Shown: positions 1-13,496, numbered from the stretch's first letter. The stretch is DNA of 64,000 bases from Marsupella aquatica (GCA_973895155.1 OZ316891.1:4497708-4561707), one strand, 5' to 3'. Notes: a model not told the origin generated them from the sequence alone. Numbers and translations: made by a program.

Positions 1-198
1 ATAACCAAGGGGTCCTCGAAATAATTGTGTTAAGACGGTTCATGTGTTATAACTTAGTTTTTGAATAATATCAAACTTACATAACCAAGGGATCCTCGAA
101 ATAATTGTGTTAAGACGGTTCATGTGTTCTAACTTAGTTTTTGAATAATATCAAACTTACATAACCAAGGGGTCCTCGAAATAATTGTGTTAAGACGC
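1..198. repeat. 80-bp tandem repeat, about 2.5 copies, running off the left edge
   Basis: The unit ataaccaagggg/atcctcgaaataattgtgttaagacgg... starts at 1, 81 and 161 with near-identical copies. Confidence 0.95.
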
Positions 199-1288
199 GC
201 GGTTCGGCGTAGTTGTAATACTTTTGCTCTACAATGGTGAAAACATTTGTAGTCTCAAGGGTCATTTTCTTCCTAAACAGATCCTTGAGATGCATACTTG
301 ACAGTGACCAAACGCCTGCCTAGCTGTATGTTTGGTCGCGTTTCACAGGACTTGGCAAGGCATTTCCAATCTTATTTTTATGTTTCTCATATTTATGTAA
401 TAATATATACTAAGTGTGTGATGTCCCCCCTCGATCCCCCCCCCCCCTAAAGAAAAGAAAATAGAGTTTTAAAAAGCAAAATGACCCCTGCCTCACCAAT
501 GCTTTTGTGTCCCTCCTCTTCAAAAACCCTTATAACTTCACCTTAAAAGCAGGAAAATGTGTTAAAAACTCTCCCCATGTAAGTCATCATGATGTGACAT
601 AAAGTGTGTCAATGGTCCATATAACTGGCAATATAAGGGCCTAGATCCAACATTTGAAACATGTGGCACATGGCATTGACAAAGTATTGTAGACATTATT
701 ATGGGCCCTTTTTCGGCCCCTCATCACAAGTTCAGCCATATAGCAACCTCTATAAGATTCAATGTATGTAAGGAAAGCTCCCACAAGTTCAGCCAATGCC
801 TTAAGAAAATGAAAACTCAGATTTATGTTAGGGGAAGGGTGAGAAATTTAGAACGGAAGGAGACAAAGTCTTTTTTTATTTGATTTATTTTGCCGCATAT
901 TTACTCCATTAAAACATGCCCAAGTACACGAAGTGTCCGCCATGTCTCCCAAGAGAAAAACTCCGCGTCTCTCTAAAATGAACGTCTCCCAAAGCTCCAC
1001 CTCCGTAAAGTCAACGTCCCCGTAAAATCAACGTCTCCCAAAACTCGGCCCTAAACTCCGGGTCTCCCTTCTGGATCCTCTACTTGCATTCACTTTGTGC
1101 CCCACGATAATGTCCTTATCTAGTGATAACTCTACACAATTTGTCGAGTGTTCTGCAGTCCGGCTTGTCATTTGATTCGCAACCATTGCAGATCGGTATT
1201 TGTCCCTTCTTGAGTAGTGCTTGCGCCCGGCTGAGTGCCTGCCCTTCACCACTATTTTTTGGATTTCTGTTGGGCTCTTTTTAGAGAC

Positions 1289-1813
1289 ATGGCCACACTT
1301 AAAGATGTTGTTGGCTGCTACAATGCTGGAGAAACAAGGACCTTCCCATCGATGAGGGTTTTTGTGGTCAATTTTGATGCTCCAATCGATTTTCCGCGGA
1401 AGTTTCTATACCATGGATGCACTCACTTCATGACACCTGGGTGGATGTGTAATCGTACTGTTGAAGGGTCAAGTCGATGTCCCCATAATTCGGTTGCTGC
1501 TGGGACTTGGACAGAAAGGTATCGTTTTGAGGTGTTCCTGGTTGACTCTACTATCGGGCCACACTTCCCTCTAGTGCTAGCTAAGATTTTTGATGCAGCG
1601 ACTGATCTCATAGGGATGCCTCTGCAAGATTTTAGCGAGAAGGAAGACTTTGTCCAGTTTGCTATTGTCCATAGAGCTACAGCAAAGATGGAATGTGTGG
1701 ACGTAGTGATCCGCTGCAAAGACGGTGAGGCCATTATTAATTCCTTGTCACCTGTAAGCGATGACGACTGTGAGATCTTGCATTCTGTGGTGCCTACTTC
1801 TGTCACTCCATGA
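1289..1813 (+). CDS. RPA70 C-terminal-like (Zn-ribbon OB-fold) ssDNA-binding protein
   Basis: LYHGC...WMCNRTV..SRCPH...ERYRFEVFLVDSTIG...KIFDAATDLIGMP fits the Rep_fac-A_C pattern YxAC..CNKKV..C..C..YRY.l...v.D.TG..F..Ae.llG. ATG at 1289. Confidence 0.65.
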   Translation: MATLKDVVGCYNAGETRTFPSMRVFVVNFDAPIDFPRKFLYHGCTHFMTPGWMCNRTVEGSSRCPHNSVAAGTWTERYRFEVFLVDSTIGPHFPLVLAKIFDAATDLIGMPLQDFSEKEDFVQFAIVHRATAKMECVDVVIRCKDGEAIINSLSPVSDDDCEILHSVVPTSVTP

Positions 1814-2267
1814 AAGACAAAGTTGAAGATGGACAGTGTACCTTCAAGTTATCATACTGCACGAGGGAGGCATACAGCAAAATCTTCAAGATCATCTATT
1901 AATGCTTTAGACCCGGCCATGGCGTCGTAGCTTAGTTCTGTTAGATGTAGATTGTAGGACCTGCTTGATAGTTTGGATGCAACTCATATCTGATGTGACC
2001 AGATGCAAGCACGACATACGACGGTTTGGCATTTTGGGCAGGAGTCTTTTAGTTTGTAAGGTTCCTACAGGCCATGCAATGACCTGCCATTTTGGTTTGA
2101 TATGGCATAACGTGTATGCTTGGTTTGTGGGGCAAGTGGGAGCAGAATGTATGTATGTGAATGGTTGACTTATTTTCAATGTGCAATAAAGGGGGGCTTG
2201 GACCTGCATCTGTTAAATTAAGGTTGTGATGTCCACGATGCGTTTGTTAAAACGTACCAGAAAGTAA

Positions 2268-2353
2268 TTGGGTGTTAATCGATGAATGGGTCTTGGCTGG
2301 TGTTTAATTGATGAATGGGTCTCGGCTAGTGTTTAATCGATGAATGGGTCTCG
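2268..2353. repeat. about 31-bp tandem repeat, 3 copies
   Basis: gtgtt(t)aatcgatgaatgggtctcggct occurs three times. Confidence 0.85.
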
Positions 2354-4452
2354 GAAAATTTTCATTTTGCAATTTGTGCGCAATATCTCAAGGAAAACTT
2401 CCAACTTCAAACTCTGATACAGGATAGCAAATAGAACTCAACCACTATAGTGCTTTTGCGGATCGCAGCAACATCATGTAGTGGGTCATCAGAGTTCACG
2501 GAGAATTGGGTAAGGGCCCCTCCCCAATCTCCGGACATCAACAGACCAAAAAAATAGAGAAACACCTGAAACTCATTGGGCGGATCCACGGCTCCATCGA
2601 TCCCAACGACTAGGAAGGGAAAAAAACACAAGCATACAGACAACCGTAAAAACAACGTGACCCCAAACAATACATTTATGGCAGATGTGTTCTTGTGCCA
2701 GTAGGTGTTCATTATATTTATGGAGCATTGATGGGTAATGTATGTAAATGAATAATGGAGTTTGCACTTTGAAGGCTGGGGCAACGCCTACAACTCAATG
2801 AAGAAGTAAGTAATCATGAAAAAATAGACGACAACTTCCATAAGCGTAAAATAGGGCACAAGGTTGAATTATCTTTTGCGACAACTTACCACTGCATACC
2901 GGTTGGCAAGGGGGGGTGGACAGCATACTGGCAACCTGGTTACCTGTCAAGGCAACCTGGGCGGTTGCCACAAAACAGGCATCAGCCTTGGACGATGCCA
3001 CAACACCTTTTTCAGCATGGCGCTCATGATGTATATTGCTTCAACTGTAATCTCAAATACTCAAAAAGTGTGGTCTGTTCTAAATATCAGATGAGAAACA
3101 TTCCACAGACCATATATAATTCATGATGCATGAAAATAGATCGCAGAGTCTGTATCATTGAACATCTAGATTCATACCTGTTCCATCGATCAGAGCGCAC
3201 CGGACACGAAGAAGATATATGGTTTAGTTGGTTTCTAAGGATCGGTGTACAGGGGGGTGGCTGGCCAGCCTTGGGATCGGTGAAATCGATGACAAGTTTC
3301 AAGGATGCGTAAATGGTACTGTAGGATATTTACTAGTAAGCCCGGGCTAAGGAAGAAGTGGGTGGTAAAGGGTTGGGTAAGATCTGCTTTCGCTTTGAAG
3401 CATACAAGAACCCTCTATTTGACCTGCGAGCACATTTCAAACTCAAATCTATTGTAATCAAAAGAATTGACTTCGAGTGCTGCCAATAATTTCTACCAAA
3501 TCCAAAACACATTACAGGAGATCGCACAAGGTGGCATCAGATTTGACAGAGAATTCTTCCACGTAGTACGTAGATCCGCAGGTGGCCTGTGGACTTCCAC
3601 GGTTTGGATGATGTTATCGGGCACGAACGTGTAAAACTTATTTTGAAGTTGTCTCTCGCACAGAGGAGGATCGAACACTTAGAGTGGGAGGTGTGAGCTA
3701 TGGTCAATGACCTCAACTCTTTAGTACCTTTGGAATCATTCCTGCAGAAACGATCCCTCTGAAACTAGTGGGAAACGGAGGCCAGCCTTATCTTCTTGGT
3801 ATCCTATGTAGGGTATTTGCCACATAGGCTTCTGATTGATCAGAAGGTCATCGCAGTTGGCGGCTTTACTTTCCTAAAGCGCAGGCTACGCTAGTCTCCA
3901 TGGGAATAGTTTGTATCTTGTCCTAACTTGTCATAGTAATCCAAACTACGTGGACTTTTGAGTTAGGCCTAGAATAGTAGAGTGAGGGAAAATTTCCCAG
4001 CTGTATAATCATGACCGCAACTCCTAAATCCCTGACCTAAATTGGTTGGATAGAAACAAAATCAGCGATGCGGTTGACGCAATGGACTGCAGATATATCA
4101 CATTTTGAAGAGCGACATTATTAATTTGGACCAAGGCGGTCAGTTCAGAACTGACAAGGACCAGCTTTGAGGCGGGCAACGCATGCACTACTTGCCTTGC
4201 AGCCTTTACCTTGAACACGCATGGGCGGGCGATTCAAACGGACGATGAACCCGCAGCCTTTACCTTGAACACGCGCGGGAGGGCGATTCAAATGAACGAT
4301 GAACGAGAGAGGCAGTGAGTGCGCTTGGTGTAATACTCCCTTTTTGTTTTAAGTCCCCCTCTATATTGGAAGTATTTTTGCTACGCGTACGCCTACGCTA
4401 CGATCTTTAGAGTTTCCTACACTTGATCAACGTGGATTGAAACAGAGTTGCA

Positions 4453-5434
4453 ATGCATGAATGGAGCAGGCTTACGTGTAAGGAATTGTGTGAAAACATT
4501 GATCGATGTTTAGAATCAACAATGTACACTCCCAAAATTGAGGAGTTGGATCTTACTGGGGAAAACTTCTTCTGTATGGATGGGGATGATTGGCAACTTT
4601 TCTTTGACAGTGTGGGGATGAAGACATGGGTGCACAGGAAGAAGTTGAGGAGATGGGTGAATGAATGCAACAGGAGCAGCAATACCGGAGTCACACAGCC
4701 ATCACCGCTGCAACCATCACCATTGCCGCCAATGAAGACACTATCTGAACGTGATACAAATCGAAAGGAGAGCTCTGGTGAAGAAGAGCACAAGTCTATC
4801 AGGCCTGTTGAAAATACCCACACTCCTGATGCGCCGAAGAGAGAGACGTCTATGATTGGTTCTACCAAGCATCATCAAGTAAGTTGTTTGTCTCCCGTGA
4901 CATTAAATTAGCCTATTGAAATCCATTGCAACCACGACAAGGACCTCTTCTGATAATCACGCAAAGGCATCTAATGCAATGCACAATGGTAGTTTCTTTG
5001 TTTGATTGAATACACGCTGATGTGTGTTTCGACGCTATTGTGCACAGTTCTATCCTTTGGTAGAGGACATCTTCAATGTGACCAACAAATCTGGAGGACG
5101 GTCCATTCTGGCTTCTAAGCATGTAGAAGCGCACCAAGCTCACAAGGCAAATTACAGAACGGTGAGGAATTGGTTTGCAAATTTTGCCGCCGACAAGGAG
5201 ATATATGAATACCTCAGTGCAGATTTCAAGTCTGACACAAAGACGAAAGAGAATTGTCGATTACAGTATGTTCAGAGTAGAATGCACGAACTTTCACCTC
5301 TCAAATTTGAGTGTCCAGAAACCGGATCTAAACATGAGATGCCTTGGCTAGAAAGCTTCCTGTTTGAGGTCGTCAAGAACAAAAAGCATGAATGGAGGAA
5401 AGCAAATGCAAAAATCAAGGAAGGTACATACTGA
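4453..5434 (+). CDS. Hypothetical spliced protein with an N-terminal SAM-like domain
   Basis: EWSRLTCKELCENI...MYTPKIEELDLTGENFFCMDGDDW...VGMKTWVHRKKL resembles a sterile-alpha motif. GTAAGT donor near 4879 and a downstream coding block at 5024-5434. Exact exon structure is uncertain. Confidence 0.5.
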
Positions 5435-6711
5435 AAGATTCCCATTCATTAGTTAGCGTAGTGCCATTGATTTTGGCAATGAACTGTGTTTTATCTTTCG
5501 CAACTTGGAAATAACCTGGAAATACCCTGGAATTAACCTCAAGTACTTGCACTGAATCTCATTGCAGGTACCATCCTGTTAAACGCCAACTTCGACCTTG
5601 CGATTAATGGCCGTTTAACTACCTTCTCCTCAGTAATCTCGTTTAAACGATTAACCGTCCTTTGAGAGGCGGCACTCCTTCTATCTCGACACAGTCCCCG
5701 TAAGTGAATCCGACCAAGTGCTCTTGAATGTCGAGTTCCATCTTCCACTTCTTAGGTACTTCAGCCTCGACCAACACTAACCCCTCTCTATACACAATCT
5801 CAATGAACCCACACCACTCGCAGTAAGTGATCAAGCAAATCAGAATGTTCTCGTATAGTGACTGACGGGAAATAAGATGGGTGCCGATAGAACAGATCCA
5901 CAATTCCAGTGATCTTAAGGTAATCAAGGAGCAAGACTTGTCGTCACTGCTATCTGCGTTCATGGTTTTTAGTAGCCGTGACCTGATTAAGTCCGGCTGT
6001 CCTTTGAATCAGCCTGCCTGGCAATTGATTTCCGGATTGTGTGAGTGACTATGACAGGGTTACCCTAAGCAAGTACCCCAGTATCACATTTATCCTTGTA
6101 TGATGGAGGTGTATGACGACCAGTGTATCGCCTTCAAAACACACTATCTCCAACCAGACACCGCTTCTCACTAGCTGTCTGTTCAACCTATACCTTGAGG
6201 CACTGGCCCTTAAGGTTCTGGTTCTCAATGAGACGATATTCATTCATCGTTGCGATTAACGAGTAACGACTTGCTGCATAAGGCAAATTCCTTCTCTCTT
6301 TCTCTCTCTCTTTGATTCGACGTTCTCATTCACTGCTCAAGTGCGGACTTCACTCTGTTGCATTCATTCCAAACTCTCTCTTTATACTCAAAGACTACTC
6401 AACTGAGTAGGGACACTATTACAAAATTGTTGGCATTCCTAAGGTGAGCGGAGCCCTACCTTGCCTCAGACTTCTAGCAAAAAGTGACAGAGCGCCTATC
6501 GCTCCACAGCCTCTAAATACCTATTCCTCGTGTCCGTCTCTGCCCGAGGCCTCTACTACTTCTTGGGGTGCGCTGATTACAGTTGGACGACTCGCGCCTC
6601 CTCTTTGATCTCCTTCGCTCGTTCATCAAGAACGCTAACTAATGCCTACCAGAACGATGAGTGGAAGCCAAGAACTGCTGATTACTATGTCAAGAAGTTC
6701 TGTCTTCCTGG

Positions 6712-7338
6712 TTACTGGACTGTGCAATGGCCTCCTCGATTCCCTTCGGTTGCGCCTGATCCGGAAGCTTCCGGACTTCCGATTGTTAATCTTGCCATAT
6801 GTGCCTCGACCTCCTGACTTCTGTCATCTTCCTTGGGGTTGCTCGGTTCGCCGGCCACGATTACTTGTTCGGCGGTGATTAATCGCCAGGTAATCCGCTG
6901 ATCGTGGCTGTTCTCCCGTCTTAGCAGTAGATTCCATTTCTTCCGCATGACCTTTCTATAGAGTTCTTCGATGGCCTCGCCGGTGGTGAATCGTTGGCGG
7001 AACTCTTCGCCCTTCATTCCGAACAATTGTTGCCCCGCCGCATCCCATACACGACAGCTTCCTTCTTTGATCCGAATAGTGAACATGAACATAGGCACTC
7101 CTTCGCCTAGCGACTTACACTCATGAGCTAACCGATTCCTGCTAACGGGGGTTCCTATATTCGCCCCCCCTTGCCTTCTCTGTTGAGCTCTTGTGCCTAA
7201 GGCACATACTCTGCCATCTGCTAGTAGGCCATCACAGCCTTCATAGCAGAACTCGACTCCTACACGACCGTTAATCGAGATGATCGTCGCCTCCCCTACT
7301 TCCAGCCTTTCTATCATCTCAACAAAATGAATAACCAC
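6712..7338 (-). CDS. Second RPA70C-like OB-fold protein (diverged)
   Basis: FCYEGC...C...HEC...MFTIRIKEGSCRVWDAAGQQLFGMKGEEF parallels the 1289 ORF (IFDAATDLIGMPLQDF) and the RPA DBD-C pattern. Confidence 0.5.
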   Translation of the reverse strand: MVIHFVEMIERLEVGEATIISINGRVGVEFCYEGCDGLLADGRVCALGTRAQQRRQGGANIGTPVSRNRLAHECKSLGEGVPMFMFTIRIKEGSCRVWDAAGQQLFGMKGEEFRQRFTTGEAIEELYRKVMRKKWNLLLRRENSHDQRITWRLITAEQVIVAGEPSNPKEDDRSQEVEAHMARLTIGSPEASGSGATEGNRGGHCTVQ

Positions 7339-7450
7339 TGGTCCTTGCTTACTACTTCCTAAATACTCTTGGTTGACCTCTAGTTGACACTTCTAAACCT
7401 AAAAAAAACTATAATATCGCCGGTGTAATTTTTATCGTTTACACATCCCT

Positions 7451-7765
7451 ATGGCCCGAAAAAAGGAGCCGACTGATTTTGCAGATATGAAGGTAGAACC
7501 AGATGCATATGAAGCAATTGCCATTGGACATGGACAATCATACCCAAAGATTTTTGTGGAACTTTGTGCGTATGCATTCAAGGTGACCTTGGTAGAACTG
7601 CAAATGAGAGACGCCGATAAGTCTGTAAGGTATCGGGGGCAGTACAGTGGAGAGGTCGTTGGTCGTGGAATACCAGAGAGCGTCCATGTTATTAAGAAAG
7701 TGAGATGGTGGAAGATTAAGTTCATGAAGGCCTTGGGGAATTTACAAACGACAGCAAACAGATAA
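7451..7765 (+). CDS. Hypothetical protein (104 aa)
   Basis: ATG-initiated ORF with plausible composition; no family recognised. Confidence 0.3.
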   Translation: MARKKEPTDFADMKVEPDAYEAIAIGHGQSYPKIFVELCAYAFKVTLVELQMRDADKSVRYRGQYSGEVVGRGIPESVHVIKKVRWWKIKFMKALGNLQTTANR

Positions 7766-8292
7766 CAATAACAGCAAACAGTTACTGTTATCAACTAAAA
7801 GAAACTGTTACCAATGAACAGTGTTTGAGTAGCAGTGAACAGTGATCATGAAAAAAGTGGACTAAAGATGCGTTTCAAACTACTGGTATAGAAATGAATA
7901 CGATCAAATTTGCGTGAAAGGAAATTGGACTAGACGGAATCATGTATTTTACAACAAATAAAACCATTTCACAATTGAGATAAACAAAATCCGAGACCAA
8001 TATATGTCAAAATGCACAGGGAAAAAATAAAACTGCCATATACAATCACAAAGTACATAACGCGTTCGGCGCAGGTCCAAAAAATGCCCATATAAGTTAC
8101 AACCTGTAGGCCTAGAAATCTGATATACAGAAGCCACGGTAGACCCCGGCTGAGGATTTCCAGTAAAACAAAAGCAGCGCTGGGCGCTAGCCAACAATTG
8201 CAGGAAAAACTACGGAATTCCTGAAGACAACATCCGGGAAAAATCCTAACAACTAAGCCGAGGGCAACTCCATCCCGAAACATCAAAAGAGC

Positions 8293-8853
8293 TTAAGCAG
8301 TGCTCGGCGCTAGCTTAAAGTGATCACCAAACTGAACAATGCGATGCCGTTCTTCGTGAAAAACCGGAGGAACAAGCAATAAGTGATTGCATCTAGCTTT
8401 CAGAGTTGCAATCATCCTCCAATCCTGCCACTTCTCTCCTCCGATTTTTCTTGAATCCAAGACCACGCAATCGAATGTATCTCTTAGAAGGACCCCGACG
8501 CACTGCCCTCGTATAACCTTCATTGGGAATGTTACTATCCTTAAAGTCAACTCGCCCAAACATTTCTTGAACTCTCCTATCGATTGGCAGTACACCATCA
8601 ACAGGAACAGCTTGATGAGACGAGAACGTGCTTGCAAATGGGAGCGGAGAAGAATCGATGATTTATGGGATGTTCTTTTCTCCAGGATTATAGCCTCATC
8701 ATACGGTAGAGCGTGATGGTTCCAGAAAGTAGAGGTTTCAGTTTCCTCAGTCTCCATCCGTGACTCAAAAGAACTGAAATGGCTCTCTTTCGGACGCACA
8801 CGAGAAGGGAGGAACGCTGCCTCCCAATCCATGAGCTCACCATTTGTCTCCAT
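8293..8853 (-). CDS. Hypothetical protein (about 186 aa from METNGEL)
   Basis: Long open frame 8293-9045 with a likely ATG at 8853; no family recognised. Confidence 0.4.
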   Translation of the reverse strand: METNGELMDWEAAFLPSRVRPKESHFSSFESRMETEETETSTFWNHHALPYDEAIILEKRTSHKSSILLRSHLQARSRLIKLFLLMVYCQSIGEFKKCLGELTLRIVTFPMKVIRGQCVGVLLRDTFDCVVLDSRKIGGEKWQDWRMIATLKARCNHLLLVPPVFHEERHRIVQFGDHFKLAPSTA

Positions 8854-10278
8854 GTTTAATGAATCCGATCTAGTGGCAACTTCCCCTCTGAAAAAACGTG
8901 AAAACTGTCTACAAAAGGCACGCAAAGGTTCAAAAATGGTTGTGGGTCCGAAAGATCTTGTCCGGGAGGAATGTCTCCCTCGAAACACCCGAAATGTATC
9001 TCCAGAAAAGGGGCCGCAACCGAGCGTCTGTCCCAAAACAGTCACCTGTCCAAAAACTTGTCATCCGCGACAAGTGTCGTCCTTGAAAACCGTCGTTTAG
9101 GGTTTGATCCTAAAATGTCGTCCAAGAGAGATGCCGCCAAAAAAGAGATCCTTAAATGTCGTGCAAAAAAGCTGTCAAAAAGAGATCCGAATGTCATCCA
9201 AGAGATCCAAAAATGTCGTCTGAATATAGCCGATGTGGGTATCTTTGGAAAACTAACGGACCTAAATGAAATGGCCGTTGGTATCCGAAACGTCTATTAT
9301 ACTATGTATTCACTACTATTTGTCTCATTATAATGACCGTTGGTAGGACACGACAAAGACCAAACGGTCGTGTTACACAAAGAAGAGCTGGAAATATTTA
9401 CTTTACGAATCACCATTTGGCGAGCACCTGGCGCTTGTAAAAACACGAGGAATCAGACCTTAATTTATAAGGAGCCAATGAGAGGATTTGAATACAAGTT
9501 GGTACTAGCGCCAGGCGCTGGTAAAAAATTACTCCCTAAACTCCTCAATACGTGTCACAATTCTGCAGATTCTAATTCGGAACCAAAATCTGAACTCTCG
9601 GATTTGTCCGTGGACACAGCCTCATCATCTTTGTACTGGCTGCGGGAGAAGTCATCAACATAAGGATGTTTCATGAACTTCCTGTCAACACCCCTTCTTA
9701 ACCGAAGACCTTTGTTTCCCAGCAAAGCGTCCTTGTACTCTCGGCTTTCCTTGCGGCTTTCTCTGCATAGGAGGGAAGAACAAAAGGTTTTTCTAGTGTT
9801 TCTATGTTGTGTCTAGCAACCCTCCTTCGCAGTTTGAAACGTCTCCTTGCATTCCACTCTAACCTGATCAAACAAAATCCAGCAAGTTAGGAGCCTTTCT
9901 CCAAAACAACACAGAAATGTTATAAATTGACTGGAATGGAGAAAGAACACTAGTACATATTAAGCTGATTTCCGATGCTCAATTTTTGTGAACAATTGGC
10001 GTCCGATTCTTTTAGCATTGGAAATTCCGATTATCACAAAATGGCAATATGCCATACTCTCGGCTTCGGATATCTTCATTTCCGATATAATTCACAACGG
10101 AACCTTTCCGATGCGTTAAAAAATGAATCATATCCGTTAGAAAACACATCAGATCCCTCAACAAAAACTTTGATTGATATGTTCGATGTTTTTTGTAACA
10201 AAAATGATGTGCGTTACAATATTGATCGGAAAAGTTCCGTAGTTAATAAGAACGGATATTATATCCGATTGTGCTAAC

Positions 10279-10410
10279 ATGGCAAAGTCCGATGCAGGGA
10301 GAATGGGAAAGTCCGATGCTGGGAGTATGGGAAAGTCCGATGCTAGAAGAATGGGAAAGTCCGATGCTAGAAGAATGGGAAAGTCCGATGCTGGGAGCAT
10401 GGGAAAGTCT
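10279..10410. repeat. 24-bp tandem repeat (about 5.5 copies) within the CACTA subterminal region
   Basis: Units of atgggaaagtccgatgctagaaga; an inverted related copy lies near 13238-13270. Confidence 0.9.
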
Positions 10411-10775
10411 GGTTGTGGCAAAAAGACAAATTTTGATTGTGTTAGAATGAAAATTTTTGATGTGTTAGATGGGGTATGTGGTTGCACCGACATACTCTTC
10501 CCAAAAGATGCAATCATTCTTGCATGCATGAATAACTTTATACTTGAGGCAAATGGACTTGAGTGTTGTTTTTGCCTCCTTCCAAGACCCAACATATTGT
10601 TCCCTCAAGGAAATATGTGCTCAACATGTAGCCAAGTCCAAAATACATCATCTAGAAGGAGATTGCTTCTCCCATGTAGTCTTTGTTGCAAGTCCAACAA
10701 CAACATAGTTGATAAAAGATGAGACAATCAGGAGTCATTGATGCTAAGGCTTTGGAAGGACCAAAATATCATCAA

Positions 10776-12736
10776 CCCTGGGCCCTCACTCTGTATATAT
10801 TAAGTGAACCCCCCTGAGAACAGACCCCCCCCTTGTACCCCTTCTTAATATTTTTTTTCCATTAAACTATTCCTTGTTAATATAAAAATATTAATTTGTG
10901 CTATTAAATTTTACCCTTATGTAACTTATAAAAGGGTCTTTCAGGTAATTGAAATTACCCTTGACTTTTTAAAATTATGAATATCATATAAACATGCAAA
11001 CTACTCAGAAACATATATTATGTGTAATGATGTTATTTTGCATAAGAAACCTGGCTGATGTGGGTACAAGTTTTATATAGATTAACAAAATTAGCACCAG
11101 ATAATTATAGTATCGCTGGTTGCTCATAAACATGTACTAATTAAATAGCACTAGAATGCTCTACTACCCTGTAAGAATAATTGCAAGTATACTATTGCAT
11201 ATGCATGCATACTATTGTGTATGCATGACTGTATACTATTGCTAAATTATTCTATTATAAACTAAACATGATTCTCAATCGAGTCTGTAAAGATCTCCCT
11301 AACTCAAGTAAAGTTCTGTTTGACTCAAGTAAAGTTCCCCATGATCATGACTAAGCATGATGATCACTGTGAAGTCACTAACTCAAATACATTTCTTGGC
11401 AGCTTCTTTTGTACCTGATACATCAAACTACACATTAGTAACTGATTTTGGACCATACTCATTACACAAGAAAATCACTACTGAGAAATATGAGAGTAAT
11501 ACCATTAGGTCTTCTTTGGCTGAATTGTTACTTAGACATGCTGGGTAATTTCTCTGTTATCTCTGCAATCAAAAAATTGATTGAAATGTCAAAGGCATTA
11601 TCAAAAGGTCTATTCAAAAGCTTTTCATACCAATTATATACTTAAAAGGTACATGCAATAACCAGGCAATAACTATGACAATTGCTTACCATGTTATATA
11701 AGATTAAAGAATTTTGTTTCTGGAAAAATTATCAAGAGAAACTGCATCATCTGGATGCAATTGAAAAACTCCTGGGCATAGTGGATCCACTATCAAGTGA
11801 ACTGTTGATATAACACAGTCCAAATTGATAAATTGTGGATCACACACATTGTAGGCAAATTTATGCCTACTAGTTCCAATTGGAGAAAACCATTGGAACA
11901 TAATTTTACATGCCTCCTCACCACCAGGCCTATCAAGCAAATCCAATTCACCTCTTGCTCTGTCCTGTTTCCCTCCATATTTTTTGTGTATACTTTGTAT
12001 TCTGCCTATCCACCACATATATTTTGGTGTTGTATTTGAAGACATTATAACAGTTGCACCTCTAGGCCTCTTTGGATTTGGAACAAGATCATCTGATCTA
12101 CTGCCACTTCTCTTTCCTCGTCCTTTTCCTCTCAATGTTCGTGAAATTGCCTTGGAACTTCTGGTTTCAGGAACATTGTATGTATCATCCTAAAATAATA
12201 TGCCACAGTCTGAACCTACTGTAACAAACATTGTTTGGGCACCTGCCCTCACATTGGGTTTGTCCACTAAATTGTTGAAGTAGTGATTTTGCTTTATCCG
12301 GGTCAATCTATCTTTACTTAGGAGAGGGTTGAGAGTCAACTGGCTAACCAAAGTACTTTTGTAAATGGATCGATTGTAAACACGTCTCCCAAAACCCATT
12401 TGCCTCAACTTATGGATCACAAACCCTAAACCAAACTTGCCTTAGCATACCACATAATTAAATTATTGATTTAGTACATGGACACGTGTACTAATGAGGT
12501 GATGACACGTGGACCAACCATAGAGTGACTCGTGTCCTAGGCATTTTGGGTAACCTTGCGTAAAATTCTTGTGACATGTATTTGATAAGAACCTTATTAT
12601 TAATATTGTGCCAAATGTATATATGGGGATGTTATCTACTTTAAAAATTATTGTAAAAATTACTTTGCATTGTATTAAAAATACCCTTGCGTCGTTCGCA
12701 CGTCCGCCCTGTATTAGTAAGACTGAGGGCCCAGGG
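10776..12736 (-). mobile_element. Internally deleted derivative of the P-like TIR transposon
   Basis: TIRs CCCTGGGCCCTCA (10776) and TGAGGGCCCAGGG (ending 12736), with a perfect 8-bp TSD ATCATCAA (10768-10775 and 12737-12744). It contains a transposase C-terminus homologous to 17482-18070. Confidence 0.92.
11704..12395 (-). pseudogene. C-terminal fragment of a P-like transposase
   Basis: IYKSTLVSQLTLNPLLSKDRLTRIKQ...GSDCG and KYMWWIGRIQ...FQWFSP...CDPQFINLDCVIS align with the ORFs at 17836 and 17482. Confidence 0.9.
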
Positions 12737-13496
12737 ATCATCAATAACTAATAAGCCATAATATTATCCCATATCAAATCTAATGAAGGAAGGCTTTACT
12801 ATCGACAAATGACCCCTGCCAAATTTCTATTGGTTTCTCCTAGGGGAATGTAACAGGGTAACTAGAATAGGTCACTTGATGCAAAGATCTAATCTCATGA
12901 TAGAGAAAAATGGATCAAGAATGGGTCCAAATTATGGGTCTTAGTAAATTCACAAGTGTATAAAATCCCCAAACACTCTAAGTCAAACAACAAAAGTGCT
13001 AAGCTTGCATGTACAATGTAAGGAATAAGAACCACAAAGTTAAGCTCATGTTGGAGGAATAGCAATTGGGATGGGTGACCAATTAGTTGAGAAAATTTGA
13101 AGAGTTCACATGTCAAGGGAAATGGGCACCTAGCTCATAGTTCCAAATGAAAGTAGAACCCAATTGAAGGATTGGAAGAGATGGGTGACCTAAGCATGTC
13201 GCGTCCGCTGAAATGCATATCCCATTTTGATTGCTTTGGACTTTCCCATTCTCCCACCACCGGACTTTCCGATAGAAGTCCGATTGTCAATATCCGATAC
13301 TATTAAAATGGCATGTTGCGATGCTAGTAGTATCGGATGTATGGTTTTTCAAATTTTATTTTACAAAGGCATCCGATGTGGAGAGAATCGGAAAAAGGAG
13401 GTAAAATGTACTAGTGATTTGAATTTGCAGTTTGTGTGTCACTCAGAAAAATTCTAAAGAAACTTAGTATAGGAGAAACAAATGAACCAAACCCTG

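Larger units (their letters stand above)
9948..13416. mobile_element. Non-autonomous CACTA/EnSpm element (about 1.5 kb plus a nested 1.96-kb insert)
   Basis: Perfect 11-bp TIRs CACTAGTACAT (9948) and ATGTACTAGTG (ending 13416), with dense TCCGAT/ATCGGA subterminal repeats at both ends. The flanks (gaa vs att) do not form a clean TSD. Confidence 0.85.

Noticed and set aside
1-198. Possible CRISPR array (regular repeats)
   Set aside because: The whole 80-bp unit repeats with no unique spacers, the context is eukaryotic and there are no cas genes.
10158-10722. ORFs with MGKSDARR / LASDFPI peptide repeats
   Set aside because: They are a by-product of a 24-bp DNA tandem repeat in CACTA subterminal sequence.
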